Assembly (NCBI RefSeq): GCF_000341395.1
Contig: NC_020304.1
Coordinates: 1,470,001-1,502,000 of the forward strand
Direction of reading: 5' to 3'
DNA length: 32,000 bases
From: Desulfocapsa sulfexigens DSM 10523
GTDB lineage: Bacteria; Desulfobacterota; Desulfobulbia; Desulfobulbales; Desulfocapsaceae
Positions within the stretch are counted from its first letter, which is position 1, and every line of letters begins with the position of its first letter. The notes below the pieces were generated by a model. The model did no database searches, was not told the origin of the DNA, and was given only the letters and a program-made list of their open reading frames with translations. A program made the translations under genes and the position numbers. Positions 18,124 to 26,008 of the stretch are shown here, in pieces.

Positions 18124-18150
18124 GACGGACTAATGAACTATCGCTTGGTT

Positions 18151-18178
18151 CGTCATTCCCGCACAGGCGGGAATGACG
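18151..18178. repeat. REP-like extragenic palindrome, copy 2
   Basis: CGTCATTCCCGC-acag-GCGGGAATGACG has perfect 12-bp arms. It lies 27 nt after the xdhA stop. Confidence 0.8.
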
Positions 18179-18231
18179 AGATAGCAGGAAAGTTGAGATT
18201 TTACAAAATGGTTATCTAAGAGAGCAAAAAC

Positions 18232-19107
18232 ATGTTTCCAATTGAAAATTATCATTTTGCAGAAAGCATCAAGGATGCAGTAGAAGCACTTGCTGCCGAT
18301 GAAAAGGCAAGAATTATTGCCGGCGGTACCGATGTCCTTGTCCGGCTCCACGGTGGTAACACTGACTATGGTCATCTTGTTGATATCAACGGACTCCGTG
18401 AACTTAAAGAGATTACAATCGATGGGGAAGGGAATATTTGTATTGGCTCGCTTGCCACTTTCACTGAAATAATGGAGCACGAACTCATTCAAAAATATGT
18501 CCCTGTTATTGCCGAATCCCTCGCCACCATAGGTGGACCGCAGGTTCGGAACTGCGGCACCATGGGGGGAAATATCTGCAATGGTGCCGTGAGTGCGGAT
18601 AGCGCCTGTGCAGCCCTTATCCATGAGTTTGAGCTGGTGGTGGAAAGTCCTGAGGGTGAACGGACAGAATCCATTAACGGCTTTCATACGGGGCCGGGAC
18701 GGACGATTCTTCAAAAAGGGGATCTGCTTAAGTATTTTCGGATCCGGCCGGAAAATTATATCGGGTTCAGCGCCTCCTATTATAAATATGCCATGCGCGG
18801 AGCCATGGATATTGCTACCATCGGCAGTGGCGCCGCTGTAAAGATGAACGGTGATATCATCAAAACGCTGAAAATTGCCTTTACGGTTGCAGCACCCACC
18901 CCTGTCCGCTGCAGAAATGCCGAAAGAGCCATGGAGAATAAGACTGTCAGTGAGGAAAACCTCCAGGCCATGGCCGATGCCATTGAAGAGGATGTCAGGC
19001 CACGTACATCCTGGCGGGCGAGCAGGGAATTTCGTCTCCATCTTATTCGAACCCTGGCGAAGAGAGTAGTTCGGCAGGCAGTGGAAAATCAGGGAGGTGC
19101 CTTGTAA
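18232..19107 (+). CDS. xdhB: Xanthine dehydrogenase, FAD-binding subunit
   Basis: 291 aa. The blocks AGGTDVLV, GGPQVRNCGTMGGNICNG, YKYAMRGAMDIATIG and SWRASREFRLHL are collinear with E. coli XdhB as I recall it. Confidence 0.92.
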   Translation: MFPIENYHFAESIKDAVEALAADEKARIIAGGTDVLVRLHGGNTDYGHLVDINGLRELKEITIDGEGNICIGSLATFTEIMEHELIQKYVPVIAESLATIGGPQVRNCGTMGGNICNGAVSADSACAALIHEFELVVESPEGERTESINGFHTGPGRTILQKGDLLKYFRIRPENYIGFSASYYKYAMRGAMDIATIGSGAAVKMNGDIIKTLKIAFTVAAPTPVRCRNAERAMENKTVSEENLQAMADAIEEDVRPRTSWRASREFRLHLIRTLAKRVVRQAVENQGGAL

Positions 19108-19577
19108 TGCAGACCATGAATATCAAATTGACGATTAACACCAAAAAGTATGAGATGGCTGTCGATGTGCGTAAATCCCTTATGGATCTGCTCCGTGAGC
19201 TTGGTTACACCAGTGTGAAGCATGGCTGTGGCGTGGGGGAATGCGGAGCTTGTACCGTGCTTGTAGACAATATTCCAGTCGATTCCTGCCTCTATCTTGC
19301 GACCTGGGCAAATAACAGGGCAATACGCACCACCGAAGGCGAGTGCCGGGATGGAAAACTTTCTTCTGTCCAGGAGGCCTACGTGGAAGAAGGCGCTGTT
19401 CAGTGCGGTTTTTGCACTCCCGGTCTTATTATGACCACCACTTCTTTCCTGGAGAAGAATAAGGGGAAGGAACTGTCCCGTGAAGAGATTAAAAAGGGTC
19501 ACGCGGGTAATCTTTGTCGCTGTACCGGATACCAGACCATCATAAATGCGGTGGAAACGGCCGGTAAAAATGGTTAA
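19107..19577 (+). CDS. xdhC: Xanthine dehydrogenase, [2Fe-2S] iron-sulfur subunit
   Basis: 156 aa with CGVGECGACTV and CGFCTPG...CRCTGY. The start overlaps the xdhB stop (TAATG). Confidence 0.92.
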   Translation: MQTMNIKLTINTKKYEMAVDVRKSLMDLLRELGYTSVKHGCGVGECGACTVLVDNIPVDSCLYLATWANNRAIRTTEGECRDGKLSSVQEAYVEEGAVQCGFCTPGLIMTTTSFLEKNKGKELSREEIKKGHAGNLCRCTGYQTIINAVETAGKNG

Positions 19578-20892
19578 GGAAAGTCAAACCACAGCTGCCA
19601 TCAGGGGTCAGTTCCTTGATTTCGCTGATGTTGCAGATTGTCCGTCCGAGCTTGCAGATACGGTTCGCCATCTTAAGGATGGTCTGTTGCTGTTGAGAAA
19701 CGGGCATATTGAATGGTTTGGTGACTGGGAAGAGGGCAGGGATAAAATTGCTGAAAATTGTCCCGTCCACCAGTATCCGGATAAGCTGATCGTACCCGGC
19801 TTTATCGATGCCCATATTCACTACCCACAGGCGGAGATAGTTGGGGCCCACGGTGAACAGTTGCTGGAGTGGCTTGAAAATTATGCCTTTCCTGCTGAAA
19901 GAAAGTATCAGGATAAAGCGTATGCGGCAAAGATGGCCGACTTTTTTATCGACCAGCTTCTGCGCAACGGTACGACCACGGCCATGGTTTTTTGCACTGT
20001 TCACCCCGAATCGGTGGAGGCACTGTTTACCGCTGCAGAAAAGCAGAACATGCGGATTATTGCCGGCAAAATAATGATGGACAGAAATGCTCCGCAATAT
20101 TTGCTTGATACCCCTGAGAGCAGTTACGATGCAAGCAGAAAACTGATAGAAAAATGGCATAAACGGGGGCGTCTTCTCTACGCGATCACCCCTCGGTTTG
20201 CCCCGACATCCAGCCCGGAACAGCTTGAAATGGCGGGAAGGCTGAAAAAAGAATTTCCAGATACCTATATGCAGACCCATCTGTCGGAGAATGCAGATGA
20301 AATAAAGTGGGTAAGGACATTATTCCCGGAACGCTCCGGTTATCTTGATGTCTATCATCATTATGGCCTCACAGGCACCCGCTGTGTTTTCGCTCACTGT
20401 GTTTACCTGGAAGATCAGGAATGGGACTCTCTGCTCGATACCGATTCCGCCATCGCCTTTTGCCCAACATCTAACCTCTTTCTCGGGAGTGGTTTGTTTG
20501 ATCTCAACCGTGCCAGAGAAAAACAGGTGAATGTTGCCATAGCCACCGACATTGGAGGTGGTACATCATTTAGTATGCTGAAGACCCTGAGTGAAGCCTA
20601 TAAAGTGATGCAGCTGCAAAAACAGAAGTTCTCGGCCTACGAGGCCTTTTATTCAGCAACCCTGGGTGGCGCCAGAGCGCTTTCCCTTGATCATTTGATC
20701 GGTAATTTCAGTGTTGGTAAAGAGGCTGATTTCGTGGTGCTTGATCCTGCGGCAACTGTCCTTCAGGCCAAACGATTGGAAACGTCAAAAAATATCGCCG
20801 ACCTGTTATTTAATCTTATTATACTCGGTGACGATAGAAGTATTTTCCACACCTATGTGAATGGTTGTCTGGTGCATAAACGGGATGATTAA
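19570..20892 (+). CDS. guaD: Guanine deaminase
   Basis: I trimmed the track ORF (19546) to ATG 19570 (MVKESQTTAAIRGQFLDF), which gives 440 aa. PGFIDAHIHYPQ, LLRNGTTTAMVF, YAITPRFAPTSSPEQL, THLSEN, FAHCVYL and ATDIGGG are very close to E. coli GuaD as I recall it. It overlaps the xdhC end by 8 nt. Confidence 0.92.
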   Translation: MVKESQTTAAIRGQFLDFADVADCPSELADTVRHLKDGLLLLRNGHIEWFGDWEEGRDKIAENCPVHQYPDKLIVPGFIDAHIHYPQAEIVGAHGEQLLEWLENYAFPAERKYQDKAYAAKMADFFIDQLLRNGTTTAMVFCTVHPESVEALFTAAEKQNMRIIAGKIMMDRNAPQYLLDTPESSYDASRKLIEKWHKRGRLLYAITPRFAPTSSPEQLEMAGRLKKEFPDTYMQTHLSENADEIKWVRTLFPERSGYLDVYHHYGLTGTRCVFAHCVYLEDQEWDSLLDTDSAIAFCPTSNLFLGSGLFDLNRAREKQVNVAIATDIGGGTSFSMLKTLSEAYKVMQLQKQKFSAYEAFYSATLGGARALSLDHLIGNFSVGKEADFVVLDPAATVLQAKRLETSKNIADLLFNLIILGDDRSIFHTYVNGCLVHKRDD

Positions 20893-20915
20893 TACGAACA
20901 TTTTTCAGGAAAACT

Positions 20916-22487
20916 ATGACTGAAACGCCACGTCTTCAATTAAAAGGGATGACCAAAGTTTATCCATCTGTCATTGCCAATGATTCCATTGATATGACAA
21001 TTGGCCCCGGAGAGATACATGCAGTTCTTGGTGAAAATGGTGCCGGGAAAAGTACTCTGATGAAGGCGATTTATGGCGTTGTCAAACCGGATAAGGGGCA
21101 GATACTCTGGAATGGTAATGTGGTTTCAATCCAAAACCCGGCGCATGCAAGAAAGCTTGGCATTGGCATGGTCTTCCAGCATTTTTCCCTGTTTGAGACT
21201 CTTACTGTGACTGAAAATATCGCCCTGGCCATGGACGACTATACAAGTATGGATTCGCTGGCCAGTCGCATTCGGAAGGTCTCTGAAGAATATGGTCTCC
21301 CGCTTGATCCGGGGCGCCTGGTTCATTCCCTCTCCGTAGGTCTTCGTCAGAGGGTGGAAATAATCAGATGTCTTCTTCAACAGCCCAAACTGCTGATCAT
21401 GGATGAACCCACATCTGTTTTGACCCCCCAGGCTGTTCGCAAGATGTTTGAAACTCTGCGGCGTCTCGCCGATGAAGGATGTTCCATTCTCTATATCAGT
21501 CATAAACTCGATGAAATTATGGAGTTGTGTCACAGCGCCACAATAATACGGGGTGGTAAGGTCACGGGCTATGCCATCCCTGCTAATGAAACAACTACCA
21601 GTCTGGCAAAGATGATGATTGGCAAGGATCTCCCCGTCTGTTCCAAGGATAGACCGGTTATCGATGGTGGGGAGTGTCTTATGGTAAAAAATCTCTCCAG
21701 GACTTCTGCTGATCCATTCGGAACGGCTCTTAAAAATATCAGTTTCTCGGTGAAGAGTGGAGAAATTCTTGGTATTGCAGGTATCTCCGGGAACGGTCAA
21801 CAGGAACTTCTCTACACGCTCAGTGGTGAACGACCTGTCGAGGATAAAGATTGTATCACTATTTGTGGCGAGCCCGTCGGTCATCTGAATCCTGATCAAA
21901 GACGAAACAGAGGCCTGGGCTTTGTTCCAGAAGAACGCCTTGGAAGAGGGGCTGTGCCAGGAATGTCACTTTCCAAGAATGCAATTCTCACTGCGCACCG
22001 TCATAAGATGGTTAAAAAGGGCTTACTCAGATTTGATAAGGCTGCTGATTTTGCCCAGAAGTGTATTAGCGGTTTTGCAGTGAAATGCGGTACCAGGGAC
22101 GATCTCATTACCAGTTTGTCCGGTGGTAACATTCAGAAATACATTACCGGACGCGAAATTCTTCAATCCCCTGCACTTCTCGTGGTGTCGCAGCCAACCT
22201 GGGGCGTTGATGTCGGAGCCGCAAATGTGATCCGCCAGTCCATGATTGATCTGCGTAACAATGGTTCTGCAGTTCTCGTCGTTTCCGAAGAACTCGATGA
22301 ACTCTTTGAAATATGTGACCGTCTTATTGTTATTGCGGAAGGTTGCGTCTCCTCTTCGGTTAATGTGCATGAAACCACCAAAGAAGATATAGGGGTATGG
22401 ATGAGTGGCCTGTTCCGGGGGGGGCCCGCTGATAAGAGCACTGCTCATGAAGTATCCAATGAAAATCAGGAGAGCCATGTTCGTTAA
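20916..22487 (+). CDS. ABC transporter ATP-binding protein with tandem ATPase domains (BMP/nucleoside-type importer)
   Basis: 523 aa. Walker A is GENGAGKST, the signature is LSVGLRQRVEI, and Walker B is LLIMDEPTS. The second domain has GISGNGQ, LSGGNIQK and LLVVSQPTWGVD. Confidence 0.9.
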   Translation: MTETPRLQLKGMTKVYPSVIANDSIDMTIGPGEIHAVLGENGAGKSTLMKAIYGVVKPDKGQILWNGNVVSIQNPAHARKLGIGMVFQHFSLFETLTVTENIALAMDDYTSMDSLASRIRKVSEEYGLPLDPGRLVHSLSVGLRQRVEIIRCLLQQPKLLIMDEPTSVLTPQAVRKMFETLRRLADEGCSILYISHKLDEIMELCHSATIIRGGKVTGYAIPANETTTSLAKMMIGKDLPVCSKDRPVIDGGECLMVKNLSRTSADPFGTALKNISFSVKSGEILGIAGISGNGQQELLYTLSGERPVEDKDCITICGEPVGHLNPDQRRNRGLGFVPEERLGRGAVPGMSLSKNAILTAHRHKMVKKGLLRFDKAADFAQKCISGFAVKCGTRDDLITSLSGGNIQKYITGREILQSPALLVVSQPTWGVDVGAANVIRQSMIDLRNNGSAVLVVSEELDELFEICDRLIVIAEGCVSSSVNVHETTKEDIGVWMSGLFRGGPADKSTAHEVSNENQESHVR

Positions 22488-23553
22488 GATAGAACCCAGA
22501 TCCGAACCTTCAAGAACCATGAGATATATGTCTCCTGTGGTTGCGGCACTACTTATGCTGATCAGCGGACTCATTATTTTTACTCTGCTCGGTAAAGATC
22601 CCATGGAGGCATTTCATGCCTTCTTTGTCGAACCCATCAATGACCTGTACGGTATCGGCGAACTCTTTATAAAGGCTTCACCGCTCATGCTTATTGGTAC
22701 CGGGCTTGCCATCGGTTTTCGGGCAAGCATCTGGAATATCGGCGCCGAGGGGCAACTTACCATTGGAGCTCTCTTTGGGGGCTATATTGCAATTATATTT
22801 AACGACAGTAATGGTTTTTTTATACTGCCACTTATGATTTTGGCCGGAGCCGCGGGAGGGATTGTATGGGCATCGATCCCGGCATTTCTACGGACAGTTT
22901 TTAATGCCAACGAGATTCTGGTAACCCTTATGCTGAATTATGTGGCTATCCTGCTCCTGGCCCTTTTTGTGCACGGCCCTCTGAGGGATCCTAACGGTTA
23001 CGGGTTTCCGCAGTCCGTGCTTTTTGGTGATTCTGCCATGCTGCCCGTTCTTATCGAGGGAACACGGCTGCACCTCGGTGTTTTGCTTGCCTTTGCGGGC
23101 GTTATTGTCGGATGGGTATTTCTGTTAAAAAGTTTTACCGGTTTCCAGCTTCAGGTGGCGGGGCTTGCTCAGAAAGCAGCATCCTATGCAGGGTTTGAAT
23201 ATAAAAAACTGATCTGGATTGGAATGCTCTCGGGTGGGCTTACAGCCGGTATTGCCGGAGTCCTCGAAATTGCTGGCCCCATTGGTCAGCTTCTCCCCTC
23301 GGTATCACCTGGCTACGGTTATGCTGCAATCATAGTCGCCTTTGTCGGGAGACTGCATCCCGGCGGAATCTTTCTTTCAAGCCTCCTTATGGCCCTTCTC
23401 TATCTGGGTGGCGAATCGGGGCAGATGAACCTTGATCTGCCCTCTGCGGTGACCGGGATTTTCCAGGGGCTCCTGCTCTTTTATCTCCTCGCAGCGGATT
23501 TTCTTATCAACTACCGAGTGCGCCTGAATTCGCCGCAACTGGAGGTCAATTAA
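22477..23553 (+). CDS. ABC transporter permease (BMP-type importer, subunit 1)
   Basis: I trimmed the track ORF (22405) to ATG 22477 (MFVKIEPRSEP), preceded by AGGAG at 22468-22472. It overlaps the ATPase stop by 11 nt. It is polytopic with NIGAEGQ, typical of this permease family. Confidence 0.85.
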   Translation: MFVKIEPRSEPSRTMRYMSPVVAALLMLISGLIIFTLLGKDPMEAFHAFFVEPINDLYGIGELFIKASPLMLIGTGLAIGFRASIWNIGAEGQLTIGALFGGYIAIIFNDSNGFFILPLMILAGAAGGIVWASIPAFLRTVFNANEILVTLMLNYVAILLLALFVHGPLRDPNGYGFPQSVLFGDSAMLPVLIEGTRLHLGVLLAFAGVIVGWVFLLKSFTGFQLQVAGLAQKAASYAGFEYKKLIWIGMLSGGLTAGIAGVLEIAGPIGQLLPSVSPGYGYAAIIVAFVGRLHPGGIFLSSLLMALLYLGGESGQMNLDLPSAVTGIFQGLLLFYLLAADFLINYRVRLNSPQLEVN

Positions 23554-24482
23554 TGGATTTTGATATATTTATTCATATACTGATCGCGGCAATAGCAGCT
23601 GGAACCCCCTTTGTCTATGCAGCTCTTGGTGAACTTATCACCGAAAAATCCGGGGTGTTAAATCTGGGTGTTGAGGGAATGATGCTGGTTGGTGCGATTT
23701 CCGGATTTATAGCCATGGCTAAGACAGGAAGCCTTCTGGTAGCTGTTCTGTGCGGGATGGCTGCAGGGGCACTTATGGCGGGAATATTTGGTGTTTTGAC
23801 CCTGACCCTGATGGCGAACCAGGTTGCCAGTGGACTTGCTTTGACTATTTTTGGTGTTGGATTGAGCGCATTTCTCGGCCTTGATTACACCAGTATTGCC
23901 CTTGGTGGTGTGGCTGATATCAATATCCCCTTTTTGAGTACTCTTCCTGTTGTCGGGCAACTCTTTTTCTCTCATGATATTCTTGTTTACTGTTCCGGTG
24001 CCCTCTTTGTCGCTATTTCCTGGTTTTTGTATAAAAGCAAGACGGGCCTTCTGCTGCGGGGGATAGGAGAGGCCCCGAAATCTGCCCATGCACTTGGTTA
24101 TAACGTCATTAAAATCAGATATATTGCAGTTCTGTTTGGTGGTGCCATGGCGGGGCTTGGAGGCGTGTATCTCTCGGTTGCCTATACACCCATGTGGGTG
24201 GAAGGTATGGTTGCCGGAAGGGGCTGGGTCTCTCTGGCACTTGTTGTTTTTGCAAGCTGGAGACCTGCCAGGGTGATGCTTGGTGCCTATCTTTTCGGTG
24301 CCATTACAATAGCCCAGTTCCATGTCCAGGGGTTCGGAATTGATATCCCGGCGCAGCTTTTGTCCATGCTGCCGTACGTGGCGACGATTGTGGTATTGGT
24401 ATTTATTTCCAGAGACCAGAGTACAATACGATTGAATTCACCGGCGTCGCTAGGTATAACCTATCATCCAGATAACCAGTAA
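23553..24482 (+). CDS. ABC transporter permease (BMP-type importer, subunit 2)
   Basis: 309 aa and polytopic, with LNLGVEGMM. There is a TAATG overlap with the upstream permease, and GGAGG lies 8 nt upstream. Confidence 0.88.
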   Translation: MDFDIFIHILIAAIAAGTPFVYAALGELITEKSGVLNLGVEGMMLVGAISGFIAMAKTGSLLVAVLCGMAAGALMAGIFGVLTLTLMANQVASGLALTIFGVGLSAFLGLDYTSIALGGVADINIPFLSTLPVVGQLFFSHDILVYCSGALFVAISWFLYKSKTGLLLRGIGEAPKSAHALGYNVIKIRYIAVLFGGAMAGLGGVYLSVAYTPMWVEGMVAGRGWVSLALVVFASWRPARVMLGAYLFGAITIAQFHVQGFGIDIPAQLLSMLPYVATIVVLVFISRDQSTIRLNSPASLGITYHPDNQ

Positions 24483-24585
24483 AAGTTCATCAGCACCTCC
24501 GGTTCATTCGGCCAGGACAGTCAATATAGGGAAAACTATTATTGACTGTCCTGGCCGAATGAACCGGAAGCACTGTTAAACTTTT
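24481..24585. repeat. Near-perfect palindrome of 105 nt starting within the permease stop codon
   Basis: The core is 28 perfect bp (24499-24526 pairs with 24540-24567) with a 13-nt loop, tagggaaaactat. The arms extend imperfectly outward to AAAAGTT (24481-24487) and AACTTTT (24579-24585). Confidence 0.8.
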
Positions 24586-24597
24586 AAATATAAATCA

Positions 24598-24777
24598 ACC
24601 TGATTACCACTGATCCTCAGCCTACCCGCCTGAGGAGGAGTTGTTTCGTGTTGATTATGTGGGCATCTGCGGCCCGGATGGCCGTAGCAGAGCCCCCAGG
24701 GATGGGTTTATGGCGTCCCATATAATCGACACGGAACAGCTCCGGGTTGCAAAGCTGAGTTTCGATGGTAATCAGGT
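24598..24777 (+). ncRNA. Candidate structured RNA element (unknown class) in the permease-to-SBP spacer
   Basis: This is a hand fold. P1 pairs 24598-24609 with 24766-24777 (12 bp). P2 pairs 24616-24621 with 24754-24759 (6 bp). P3 pairs 24637-24663 with 24717-24743 (27 contiguous pairs, four of them G:U, no mismatches). The apical hairpin spans 24667-24687 (8 bp, one G:U). No ORF lies here. All non-Watson-Crick pairs are G:U only on the + strand. Confidence 0.5.
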
Positions 24778-24825
24778 AAATTAAAGTTGTTCAATGCATC
24801 GTAAATTTTAAACAAGGAGAAACAG

Positions 24826-25911
24826 ATGGCAAGCATGAAGAAAAAGGTCTTATCCGTCTTTATTCTACTGGTCTGTGTGGCGGGATTTTCCCTGTCTGCG
24901 TCGGCTGAAGATAAATTGAAAGTAGGCTTTGTCTATATCAGTCCTATCGGGGATGCAGGCTGGACCTACCAGCATGATCTTGGACGGCTTGAGCTTGAAA
25001 AAAATCTCGGTGATAAGATCGTAACTAAGTATATCGAAAGTGTACCTGAAGGGCCTGAGGCGGAGCGTGTTATCAGAGATCTGGCGCAAAGCGGCCATGA
25101 CCTGATTTTCACCACTTCTTTTGGCTATATGAACCCTACCCTGAAGGTTGCTAAAATGTTTCCCAAAAAACACTTTGAGCATTCCACCGGATACAAAACC
25201 GCCAAGAATGTCGGTACCTATATGTGTCGCTTTTATGAAGGCCGTTATCTGACCGGAATTGTGGCTGGAAAGATGACAAAGTCCAACACCCTCGGGTATG
25301 TTGCAGCATTCCCTATCCCTGAGGTAATCCGTGGCATCAATGCATTCACCCTTGGGGCCAAATCTGTCAATCCTGATGTCCAGGTGAAGGTGATCTGGGT
25401 AAATTCATGGTTTGATCCGGGCAAAGAGCGTGAAGCATCCGAGGCACTTATCACCCAGGGTGCCGATGTTATCACCCATCATACCGATTCAACTGCTCCA
25501 ACTCTTACTGCCGAAGAAAAGGGCGTCTATGCCATTGCCTACCATTCCGATATGTCCAAATATGGTCCCAAGGCCCATCTTACAGCAGCCACCCATACCT
25601 ATGGTGATTTCTATACCAAAACTACCCAGGCTGTCCTCGATAACACCTGGAAGTCAGACTCTGTCTGGAGTGGTATAAAAGAGGGATCCATTAAGCTGGC
25701 ACCCATGAATGCTGCAATTCCTGCTGAGGTTGTAGCACTTGTTGAAAAAACAACAAAAGATATTGCTGACGGATCTTTCCATCCTTTCCAGGGACCGGTT
25801 AAAGATCAGAGTGGCAAAGTTGTTGTGGAAGCTGGAAAATCGCTCAGTGATGAGGAGCTTCTGGGGATGAATTATTACGTTGAAGGTGTTCATGGAAATA
25901 TTCCGAAATAG
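24826..25911 (+). CDS. BMP-family (Med/PnrA-like) ABC transporter substrate-binding protein, secreted
   Basis: 361 aa. The signal peptide is MASMKKKVLSVFILLVCVAGFSLSASA. KVGFVYISPIGDAGWTYQHD and GYVAAFPIPEV are typical of purine/nucleoside-binding BMP proteins. An AAGGAGA RBS lies 5 nt upstream. Confidence 0.9.
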   Translation: MASMKKKVLSVFILLVCVAGFSLSASAEDKLKVGFVYISPIGDAGWTYQHDLGRLELEKNLGDKIVTKYIESVPEGPEAERVIRDLAQSGHDLIFTTSFGYMNPTLKVAKMFPKKHFEHSTGYKTAKNVGTYMCRFYEGRYLTGIVAGKMTKSNTLGYVAAFPIPEVIRGINAFTLGAKSVNPDVQVKVIWVNSWFDPGKEREASEALITQGADVITHHTDSTAPTLTAEEKGVYAIAYHSDMSKYGPKAHLTAATHTYGDFYTKTTQAVLDNTWKSDSVWSGIKEGSIKLAPMNAAIPAEVVALVEKTTKDIADGSFHPFQGPVKDQSGKVVVEAGKSLSDEELLGMNYYVEGVHGNIPK

Positions 25912-25940
25912 TCCTTTTATTATTTCGTAATTTGTCAGAT

Positions 25941-25981
25941 AAAAAAGGAGATGGGGTGCGGTTAACTCATCTCCTTTTTTT
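25941..25981. terminator. Rho-independent terminator (bidirectional A-tract/T-tract type)
   Basis: AAAAAAGGAGATG (25941-25953) and CATCTCCTTTTTT (25968-25980) flank a 14-nt loop. A T-run follows. It lies 30 nt after the SBP stop. Confidence 0.85.
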
Positions 25982-26008
25982 GTTTCTTTAGCAGCAGGAA
26001 AAAAGCGT

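Noticed and set aside
18130-19041. The 303-aa minus-strand ORF opposite xdhB, whose C-terminus reads ...VIPACAGMTNQ.
   Set aside because: It is antisense to a well-conserved XdhB. The IPA(C/Y)AGMT peptide is simply the translated REP palindrome. The same peptide appears in the 13331..13879 shadow ORF.
24598-24777. A Moco riboswitch or a retron msr/msd as the identity of the structured spacer RNA.
   Set aside because: The conserved Moco-motif sequence blocks I remember are absent. No reverse transcriptase gene is nearby, which argues against a retron. I left it as an unknown class.
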